A DNA stretch of 64,000 bases. It comes from Bacteroidota bacterium (GTDB lineage Bacteria; Bacteroidota; Bacteroidia; UKL13-3). Both the position numbers and the translations under genes were made by a program. The notes under the pieces were generated by a model. It did not search any database and was not told where the DNA came from. It was given only the letters and a program-made list of their open reading frames with translations. The stretch covers positions 11,857-75,856 of the forward strand of contig JBKCPL010000027.1 of assembly GCA_046309355.1 (NCBI GenBank), given 5' to 3'. Below are positions 56,772 through 64,000 of this stretch, piece after piece (position 1 is the first letter of the stretch; the number at the start of each line of letters is the position of its first letter).

Positions 56772-56936
56772 ATGATTGTAAAAAAATTTCTGTCATACCT
56801 GACATTCTGGAAAAAACCTGACCCGAATGCACCCCATTCTTTCAACCTGAAAATGATGCACGGTATCAACAAAATATCTATCATCATGTTTCTGTTTGCG
56901 CTCATCGTCATTCTCATTCGACTTGTCAGGTCGTGA
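56772..56936 (+). CDS. Small membrane protein (DUF6728-like), missing from the ORF track
   Basis: 54 aa: MIVKKFLSYLTFWKKPDPNAPHSFNLKMMHGINKISIIMFLFALIVILIRLVRS; TAGCTTTG -7 element at 56754-56761. Confidence 0.75.
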   Translation: MIVKKFLSYLTFWKKPDPNAPHSFNLKMMHGINKISIIMFLFALIVILIRLVRS

Positions 56937-56987
56937 AGAATGGAATGAAATTTGTTCAGTCTGCTCAACCATTAATCAATTTACATT

Positions 56988-57677
56988 ATGCTGTTTATTT
57001 TCATTGTTTTCGCGCTTTTAAGTTTGGTAGTAAGCTGGCGCTTTAAGTCAAAAATTAAAACCTATTCAGAAACTTCGCTGGTTAAAAACCTTAGTGGTGC
57101 TGAAATAGCCGAACAAATGCTTCGCGACAATAACATTCACGATGTTAGAGTCATCAGCACGGAAGGGCAGCTTACCGACCACTATAATCCATTGGATAAA
57201 ACGGTAAACCTGAGTCGCGATGTATACTACGGAAGAAATGCCGCTGCTGCAGCTATTTCTGCTCACGAATGCGGTCACGCGCTTCAGCATGCACAAGCCT
57301 ATAGTTTCCTAAAGTTTCGTTCGGCCATGGTACCGGTACAAAATGCCAGTGCACGTCTGTTGAATATCATCATCATGGTAATGATGTTTGGAGGTATGTT
57401 TCTGTTTAAATCATTCCCTTTTCAATACGTACTGTTAACGATTATTGCCTGTCAGTCAGTAATCACGTTGTTCAGTGTTATCACATTGCCTGTTGAGTTT
57501 GATGCCAGCCGCAGGGCACTGGCATGGCTTACCAACCGCGGTATTGTAATGACCAATGAGCATGATATGGCGAAAGATGCATTAAAATGGGCTGCCATGA
57601 CCTACGTAGTGGCTGCACTTGGCGCAATCGCTACGCTGTTGTACTGGGTTATGATGCTGATGGGAAGAAGAGATTAA
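56988..57677 (+). CDS. Membrane zinc metallopeptidase (YugP/Zn_peptidase_2)
   Basis: LTDHYNP, AHECGHA (HExxH), TLPVEFDASRRA, AAMTYV. Confidence 0.92.
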   Translation: MLFIFIVFALLSLVVSWRFKSKIKTYSETSLVKNLSGAEIAEQMLRDNNIHDVRVISTEGQLTDHYNPLDKTVNLSRDVYYGRNAAAAAISAHECGHALQHAQAYSFLKFRSAMVPVQNASARLLNIIIMVMMFGGMFLFKSFPFQYVLLTIIACQSVITLFSVITLPVEFDASRRALAWLTNRGIVMTNEHDMAKDALKWAAMTYVVAALGAIATLLYWVMMLMGRRD

Positions 57678-57698
57678 TTGATTACCTACTTAATACTT

Positions 57699-57729
57699 AA
57701 AAGCCATAGCTGTTTGCTATGGCTTTTTT
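57699..57729 (+). terminator. Intrinsic terminator after the zinc peptidase gene
   Basis: AAAAGCCATAGC-TGTTT-GCTATGGCTTTT plus a T-tract. Confidence 0.85.
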
Positions 57730-57833
57730 AGTATAGCTACGTCACGAACAGTAGCATGTTTATAAAAAGAGAAGCAGAGCTAAAAACAGCGTAATCGTAC
57801 CTGCGACAAACAGATTGCGATAAGCCCGTAAAT

Positions 57834-57869
57834 AAAGACGGCCGCCTGATGTATCGGGCGGCCGTCTTT
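57834..57869 (-). terminator. Intrinsic terminator after hppA
   Basis: 17-bp GC-rich stem AAAGACGGCCGCCTGAT/ATCGGGCGGCCGTCTTT (one non-Watson-Crick pair); T-rich on the minus strand. Confidence 0.8.
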
Positions 57870-57890
57870 CCATTTATTTAAAAAAAGTTT

Positions 57891-60398
57891 TTAGTGAGCG
57901 TGCTCATGGCCTTCGCCATGTTGATGGGCATCGGTATTAGCCGATGAATGATGTACAGCACACATATCGCCACACATCTTCTCACATTCTTCCTGGGTTT
58001 TGCATCCTTTAGCACAACCTGTCATGCATTCGCCACCCTTGGCATGCTTCATACACATTTCTTTTTCTTCGGCACTGCATCCCAGACTATCGCACATGGC
58101 TGCACATTCTTCCTGAGTCATTTCAGCACATTTGCTCATATCACATTTCATTTCTTTATTCATGCCTTCGCAGCACTCCATCTTTTCTTTACCCTGTGCA
58201 GGGGCATGTCCGTTCATTTGATGACCCAGCATTGGAGCTAATGTAAGACCAACCAGGCACGATAATTTAATCAAAATATTCATCGATGGACCTGACGTAT
58301 CTTTGAATGGATCACCCACTGTGTCGCCCACTACCGCTGCTTTGTGCGGTTCTGATTTTTTATAGAATATTTCTTTCTTGCCATTTACTTCAATTTCTAC
58401 TCCCTTTTCAAATGATTTTTTAGCATTGTCCCAAGCTCCACCTGCATTGTTTTGGAATATAGCCCAAAGCACACCGCTTACGGTAACGCCAGCCATGTAT
58501 GCACCTAATGCCTCTGCACCCATAACCAAACCTACTATAATAGGTGTAACTATAGTAATCACACCGGGAAGCAGCATTTCACGAAGCGCTGCGCTTGTAG
58601 AAATCTCTACACATTTACCGTATTCAGGTTTCGCAGTTCCTTCCATAATTCCGGGAATTTCACGAAACTGTCTACGCACCTCGTTCACCATATCCATAGC
58701 GGCCTTACCTACCGAGTTCATGGCAAGGGCTGAGAACACAACCGGTATCATACCTCCAATAAACAGGGCGGCAAGCACTTTAGCATCAAAAATGTTAATC
58801 CCGTTAATGCCTGTAAAGGTTACGTAAGCAGCAAATAAAGCCAGCGCTGTTAAGGCTGCTGAGGCAATGGCAAAGCCTTTACCAATAGCTGCTGTAGTAT
58901 TGCCTACCGAGTCCAGAATATCTGTTTTTTCACGTACATCAGCCGGCAATTCACTCATTTCGGCAACACCGCCTGCATTGTCGGCAATGGGACCAAATGC
59001 ATCAATAGCCAATTGCATGGCTGTGTTAGCCATCATGGCAGAAGCTGCGATACCAACACCATAAAAACCGGCCAAAGCATATGCTCCCCAAATGGCACCG
59101 GCAAACAAGATAACAGGAAGTGCCGTTGAAAGCATACCTGTACCTAATCCGGCAATAATATTTGTAGCTGCACCTGTAGCTGATTTCTGCACAATACCCA
59201 ACACCGGTTTTTTACCCAGACCGGTATAATATTCAGTTATATATGATATAGCACCACCTACGAACATCCCAATGATTACTGCGTAAAAAATATTCATTGA
59301 AGTAGTAGTGGCAGTACTAAACTGACCTGCATTAAACACGCTCATGGTCATTTCTTTGGGTAACATCATATCAATCAGAAAATAAGAAGCAACCAATGAA
59401 AGAAGAATAGATGCCCAATTTCCGCGGTTAAGCGCTGCCTGAACCGTATTAGTGTCCGCTTTTCCATTATCGCTAATGCTTACAAAATAGCTGCTGATTA
59501 TCGATGCCAATAACCCGAAACCGGCAATGCTCAAAGGCAATAAAATTGGACCTAATCCGTCAAACGGAATGCCATCATAGGAATTGTTTGCCTGAAACCA
59601 ATCGCGAATGAGGTAATTGCCTAATACCATAGAAGCCAAAACGGTGGCCACATACGAACCGAACAGGTCGGCACCCATTCCAGCCACGTCACCTACGTTA
59701 TCTCCTACGTTATCGGCAATAGTTGCCGGGTTACGCGGGTCATCTTCCGGAATACCAGCCTCTACTTTACCTACCAGGTCAGCACCCACGTCAGCTGCTT
59801 TAGTGTAAATACCACCGCCTACGCGTGCAAACAAGGCAATACTTTCAGCACCAACCGAGAAACCGGCAAGTACTTCCAATACACGGGTCATGGTATCGTG
59901 TCCGCCATTGGCCAATGTTCCATCCATGAAGAAACTGAAAAATACGATAAACAACATGCTCAAACCAAGTACTGCCAGGCCAGCAACACCCAAGCCCATA
60001 ACTGTACCACCGGTGAATGATACCTTAAGAGCCTTACTTAAAGATGTGCGTGCAGCTTGAGTTGTGCGCACATTGGCCTTGGTGGCAATACGCATACCGA
60101 AAAAGCCGGCCAGCGCACTGAAAAAACAGCCCAATACAAAGGCTACTACTATCAATATGTGCGAGGTTTCAACCACTTGGGAAAGCCAGCCCAAGCCTGC
60201 TCCCGCTATCACAACATAAATGGCAAGAATGCGGTATTCTGCTTTTAAAAAGGCCATAGCGCCTTCGGCTACATAGCCTGCAATTTCTTTCATGCGGTCG
60301 TTGCCCGCATCTTGTTTGGTAACCCAGGCACTTTTTACTGCCATAATAATGAGGCCTAATACGCCTAAAGCCGGAATTAAATAGATAAAGTTCTGCAT
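57891..60398 (-). CDS. hppA: K+-dependent membrane-integral pyrophosphatase with a Cys/Met/His-rich C-terminal tail
   Basis: [43 protein letters not shown] (K+-dependent signature), [19 protein letters not shown]; start moved to MQNFIYL. Confidence 0.95.
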   Translation of the reverse strand: MQNFIYLIPALGVLGLIIMAVKSAWVTKQDAGNDRMKEIAGYVAEGAMAFLKAEYRILAIYVVIAGAGLGWLSQVVETSHILIVVAFVLGCFFSALAGFFGMRIATKANVRTTQAARTSLSKALKVSFTGGTVMGLGVAGLAVLGLSMLFIVFFSFFMDGTLANGGHDTMTRVLEVLAGFSVGAESIALFARVGGGIYTKAADVGADLVGKVEAGIPEDDPRNPATIADNVGDNVGDVAGMGADLFGSYVATVLASMVLGNYLIRDWFQANNSYDGIPFDGLGPILLPLSIAGFGLLASIISSYFVSISDNGKADTNTVQAALNRGNWASILLSLVASYFLIDMMLPKEMTMSVFNAGQFSTATTTSMNIFYAVIIGMFVGGAISYITEYYTGLGKKPVLGIVQKSATGAATNIIAGLGTGMLSTALPVILFAGAIWGAYALAGFYGVGIAASAMMANTAMQLAIDAFGPIADNAGGVAEMSELPADVREKTDILDSVGNTTAAIGKGFAIASAALTALALFAAYVTFTGINGINIFDAKVLAALFIGGMIPVVFSALAMNSVGKAAMDMVNEVRRQFREIPGIMEGTAKPEYGKCVEISTSAALREMLLPGVITIVTPIIVGLVMGAEALGAYMAGVTVSGVLWAIFQNNAGGAWDNAKKSFEKGVEIEVNGKKEIFYKKSEPHKAAVVGDTVGDPFKDTSGPSMNILIKLSCLVGLTLAPMLGHQMNGHAPAQGKEKMECCEGMNKEMKCDMSKCAEMTQEECAAMCDSLGCSAEEKEMCMKHAKGGECMTGCAKGCKTQEECEKMCGDMCAVHHSSANTDAHQHGEGHEHAH

Positions 60399-60426
60399 AA
60401 TGTCTTTTAATTTTTTACAAAGCGGG

Positions 60427-60466
60427 CAAAAATAATATAAAATTTTACATTCGGAATTTAGATTTG
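60427..60466. promoter_or_regulatory. Back-to-back -7 promoter elements for hppA and the HhH operon
   Basis: TATTTTTG on the minus strand (60427-60434) and TAGATTTG on the plus strand (60459-60466). Confidence 0.55.
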
Positions 60467-60471
60467 AACAC

Positions 60472-61329
60472 ATGTGTAAACGCTACCTGCATTCAACGGG
60501 CTTGATTTTGCTAAGTGTGTGGCTTACTGTATCGTGCAAAAGCCTTATGGCTCAAGGTATATCAGGCCCCGTTGGTGCTGAATCGTGGATAACCGGAGGA
60601 ACTTCTGCAGCACAAATCAATACCTGGTCGGGTTTGAATAACCCGGCTACGCTGGCTTTTCAACACACACATAACCTGGGGATTTATACCGAACAGCGGT
60701 TTATGATGAATGAGCAACGTATAGCTAGTATTAGCGGTCACTATAAGACACGATGGATTACTGCAGGCGCACATATTCATCAATACGGCTATGACTTGTT
60801 TAATCAGCAAAGACTGGGAATTACGTTTGGAAGGCTGCTTACCGAAGATTTCAGCTTGGGTATGGGTATTGAATACGTAGTTACCAATATTAGCGAATAC
60901 GGCAATGAAGGCGCAGCGGTGGCTACGCTGGGCGCGTATTTTAAAGCGAACGATAAACTGTCGCTGGGGGTGTATGTTTTTAACCCTACCCGCAGCAGAT
61001 ATGCGCTGGCCCTTTCTGATCCTATACCCACTTTTGCCAGAGCAGGTATAACCTATCTTTTGGCTTCGCGTATAAAACTATGTATTGAAGCAGAGCAGCA
61101 ATTGAATCAATCGCCTGTGTGGAGAGGAGGTATTCGCTATCAACTTCATGATAGGATTGAACTGGGTATTGGCGGTGCATCCAATCCTACTTACTTAACT
61201 GCGGGCTGTCGTATGCAGGTGCGCAAGTTAAAATTTGAGCTGGCTTCTAGTTTTCATCAGGTACTTGGACTAACACCTCATCTGGCATTATCAATTCCGC
61301 TTACGAAAACACAGCATGCCAAGTTGTAA
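60472..61329 (+). CDS. Hypothetical outer-membrane beta-barrel protein (PorV/FadL-like signature), partner of the HhH protein
   Basis: Signal peptide, NNPATLA motif, alternating beta-strands, HQVLGLTP near the C-terminus; overlaps the next gene by 14 nt. Confidence 0.65.
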   Translation: MCKRYLHSTGLILLSVWLTVSCKSLMAQGISGPVGAESWITGGTSAAQINTWSGLNNPATLAFQHTHNLGIYTEQRFMMNEQRIASISGHYKTRWITAGAHIHQYGYDLFNQQRLGITFGRLLTEDFSLGMGIEYVVTNISEYGNEGAAVATLGAYFKANDKLSLGVYVFNPTRSRYALALSDPIPTFARAGITYLLASRIKLCIEAEQQLNQSPVWRGGIRYQLHDRIELGIGGASNPTYLTAGCRMQVRKLKFELASSFHQVLGLTPHLALSIPLTKTQHAKL

Positions 61330-63400
61330 GTCATACCTGTGTGTATTGCTTTTCGTTGGGTTTTCAACTGTTGCATTGGCCCAACAAAACAAGCGCGAAC
61401 CGGAAGAGAAAATCATTGCCGATTTAATGGAAAGGTACATTGAAAACAATGAAGCTACCATTGATTATACCGACTTGCAGGAGCAGCTTGAATACTATAT
61501 GCGAAATAAACTGAACCTGAACAAAGCTTCCCGTCAGCAATTGCAGCGCTTATTTTTTTTGAACGAAGGCGATATGAATGCCATTCTTTCGCACCGGCAA
61601 CAGCATGGTGATTTTGTCAGCATTTACGAACTTCAGGCTATTCCCAGACTGGATGAACTTAAACTGTATTACCTCAGCTACTTTGTTACTGTTGAAGGAA
61701 ACTTACTGGATGACCAAACTCCCTTTTTGAAAAGAATGGCTAAAGGCAGGCATGAATTGTTGTTGCTTCACGAAAGCGAAATGCAGCAACGGGCAGGTTA
61801 TGAAACTGAACGTAAACAAAGCGGACAATCGTATTATGAAGGTTCGCCCTATAGATACGTGGTAAGGCACCGCTTTACATATTCCAACTCGTTGTATTTT
61901 GGCTACACTGCCGAAAAAGACAAAGGCGAGCCATTTTTTAATGACCGCATACCCGGATTCGACTTTAATTCCTTTCACTTTTTTTACCGCCCTGCACGTA
62001 GCATCCTAAAAACCATAGCGATTGGCGATTATCAGGCTAATTTCGGACAAGGATTGACATTTGGTTCAGGCGTTGCCGCTCGTAAATCGGCCTATGTCAT
62101 GAGCGTCAAACGTCAATTTCAACAACTGCGGCCCTACCGTTCGCTTAATGAAAATGAATTTTTACGAGGTGCTGCCATAACACTGAGTAAAGGACAGTTT
62201 GAATGTACCCCATTTTATTCAGGCAAACATATAAGTACGAACTACCGAGATACGGTTGACGATGCGATGCTGGATGAAGTGCAGTTCACTTCGATTCAGC
62301 TATCGGGCTTGCACCGAACTGAAACCGAATTGCAAAACCGCTACACAGTTTTTCATCGCATGTATGGTGCACATACGGCATGGTCTAAGAAAAATAACCG
62401 TATTGGCTTTACTTATGTTCGCAGTGAGTTCGACAAACCTTTTGCGAGCGGCAACTCACCCTATCAGTTATATAATTTTAGCGGACAAAGGATGTCTCAG
62501 GCAGGTGTTGATTATTCATTCACCCTACGAAACACCAACTTGTTTGGCGAAGTAAGTCGCAGCAACAATGGCGCGTATGCCATGACAACGGGATTGATAA
62601 TGCCGTTGGATGACAAACTGGATATCATAGTGCTGTACCGAAATTTTGGCCGCAATTACCAAGCTGTGTTTGCCAATCCATTTGCCGAAAATAACGATGC
62701 CAGAAACGAAGAAGGTTTTTACACCGGTGCCACTATTCGTTTCAGCCGAAAATGGACGCTTCAAACGTATTTCGATGTGTATACTTCACCTTGGCTTAGG
62801 TACCTAACCGATGCGCCCTCTCGCGGATACGACTACCTGGGCGAATTGCAATACGCACTATCACGTACTACACAAATTTACTTGCGCTTCAGGCACGAAG
62901 AAAAATGGCGCAATCAAAGTAACCTGAACGAACGAACAGATTACCTGACACCCGCTTCACGCAGCCAATACCGACTACATGCTCAGTATAAGCTGAATGC
63001 ACAATGGGCCGGCAAGAGCCGAATAGAACATGTGCTGTATAGCGATGCCCTGCTTAAGAACCGAACAGGTACAGTTATTTTTCAGGATGTATTTTACAGC
63101 ACACCGCGTAAGCGAACAACTTTTACTGCTCGTGTGGCTTTATTTACTGTAGATGATTATAACGCTCGCATATACGCCAACGAAAATGATGTATTGTATC
63201 AATATGCAGTGCCCTTGTTTAACAACAGCGGGATTCGCTATTTTTTTCTGATTCATCAACGAATTACGCGCAAACTGGATTTTTGGATAAAATATGCCGT
63301 AACCGAATACAGCAATATAGAAACGATAAGTTCGGGGCTGCAGCAAATCAATGGAAATATACAACAGGATTTAAGAATTCAACTGCGCATCGTTTTGTGA
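61316..63400 (+). CDS. ComEA-like helix-hairpin-helix protein with a long C-terminal beta-rich (barrel-like) region
   Basis: Signal peptide; LNLNKASRQQLQRL...ILSHRQQHGDFVSIYELQAIP (HhH); EKDKGE, GDYQANFGQGL, RIYANENDVLY; beta-strand C-terminus. Confidence 0.8.
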   Translation: MPSCKSYLCVLLFVGFSTVALAQQNKREPEEKIIADLMERYIENNEATIDYTDLQEQLEYYMRNKLNLNKASRQQLQRLFFLNEGDMNAILSHRQQHGDFVSIYELQAIPRLDELKLYYLSYFVTVEGNLLDDQTPFLKRMAKGRHELLLLHESEMQQRAGYETERKQSGQSYYEGSPYRYVVRHRFTYSNSLYFGYTAEKDKGEPFFNDRIPGFDFNSFHFFYRPARSILKTIAIGDYQANFGQGLTFGSGVAARKSAYVMSVKRQFQQLRPYRSLNENEFLRGAAITLSKGQFECTPFYSGKHISTNYRDTVDDAMLDEVQFTSIQLSGLHRTETELQNRYTVFHRMYGAHTAWSKKNNRIGFTYVRSEFDKPFASGNSPYQLYNFSGQRMSQAGVDYSFTLRNTNLFGEVSRSNNGAYAMTTGLIMPLDDKLDIIVLYRNFGRNYQAVFANPFAENNDARNEEGFYTGATIRFSRKWTLQTYFDVYTSPWLRYLTDAPSRGYDYLGELQYALSRTTQIYLRFRHEEKWRNQSNLNERTDYLTPASRSQYRLHAQYKLNAQWAGKSRIEHVLYSDALLKNRTGTVIFQDVFYSTPRKRTTFTARVALFTVDDYNARIYANENDVLYQYAVPLFNNSGIRYFFLIHQRITRKLDFWIKYAVTEYSNIETISSGLQQINGNIQQDLRIQLRIVL

Positions 63401-64000
63401 TGCGGCTTCAGGATTCTGTCTCCATATCCACATTGATAAGCGGTTGATAAAGGGTAACAGCATCAGCGCGGTTATTACATTAAAAAACACATATGCATAG
63501 GATACCTGAAACCGAATATCATCTGTTAAGTTCTGTACAAAAGCTGACATTGCGTTGGTAAAAGGCAAAAATACCAGTAAACCGGCTGCGTTAAACAGCA
63601 CATTGGCTGTTGCAGTGCGTTTGGCTGCGCTCCCCATTTTTGATGCACCCAGCAAGGCCGTGGTGGTAGTGCCAATGTTGCACCCCAAAATGATACTGAT
63701 AGCTCCGTCAATTGGTAGCATGTGCTGAGCCGCACCTAAAATAACCAGACCGGTTACCAGTGAACTAGACTGTAATACTATCGTTGCTGCAGCGCCCATC
63801 AGTACACCTAGTACTCTATTTTCAGATTTTTTGAGCAACGAGATGAGCCATGATTCATTTTGAACCGATACCAATACTTCGCTAAAAAGTGAAAGACTGA
63901 ATAGAATAAAACCGAAATAAAAAATACTTTTCCCATACAAATTCCACCGCAGCGGTATCATGCTGATGATACTTCCAAGCACAATAAAGTAAGGGCCGAT
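63371..64000 (-). CDS. Na+/Pi cotransporter family protein, 5' end outside the window
   Basis: LQSSSLVT and ILGCNIGTT repeat signature; frame open to the window edge. Confidence 0.85.
   Translation of the reverse strand: MGPYFIVLGSIISMIPLRWNLYGKSIFYFGFILFSLSLFSEVLVSVQNESWLISLLKKSENRVLGVLMGAAATIVLQSSSLVTGLVILGAAQHMLPIDGAISIILGCNIGTTTTALLGASKMGSAAKRTATANVLFNAAGLLVFLPFTNAMSAFVQNLTDDIRFQVSYAYVFFNVITALMLLPFINRLSMWIWRQNPEAASQNDAQLNS

Noticed and set aside
56753-56968. 71-aa minus-strand ORF in the track
   Set aside because: Shadow of the plus-strand 54-aa membrane protein, which has a promoter element and a recognisable motif.
60399-60473. Cys-containing N-terminal extension of HppA (MCSNLNSEC...CPLC)
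   Set aside because: It spans the divergent promoter elements; the real start is most likely ATG 60398.
1-64000. CRISPR arrays, IS/transposases, prophage, anti-phage defence systems, riboswitches
   Set aside because: No regularly spaced repeats, transposase/integrase motifs or recognisable defence or riboswitch signatures seen by eye; an Rfam or DefenseFinder run would be needed to exclude them formally.

Overview
Gene-dense, mostly core-genome window from a Bacteroidota bacterium. Evidence for the phylum: a SusC/SusD pair, three proteins with T9SS C-terminal sorting domains and TAnnTTTG -7 promoter elements. It holds about 58 CDS and one tRNA-Arg(ACG). I saw no mobile element, CRISPR array or rRNA. 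The centrepiece is an ~18 kb alpha-glucan (starch/glycogen) utilisation locus at 12.2-30.0 kb. It encodes two GH13, a GH31, a glucose-type MFS transporter, a BadF-type sugar kinase, SusC/D, a four-module non-catalytic T9SS binding protein and two uncharacterised accessory proteins. It has no SusR, LacI or HTCS regulator. Instead it has an NrtR (Nudix-wHTH) regulator, and all four promoter-containing intergenic regions carry the same GTGT-N7-ACAC palindrome (consensus AAGTGT-N7-ACACTT), pointing to an NrtR-controlled alpha-glucan regulon. Other points of interest: an ExbB-ExbD-ExbD-TonB-small TM-PstS-like-TPR operon; an mntR-mntH(USP fusion)-ykgJ operon with a perfect 16-bp operator; a membrane pyrophosphatase with a 111-aa Cys/Met/His-rich tail; a ComEA-like HhH/beta-barrel gene pair; and a lipoprotein/DUF5723-like pair joined by a Shine-Dalgarno motif, which is rare in this phylum. 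All family calls come from motif recognition by eye; no database searches were run.
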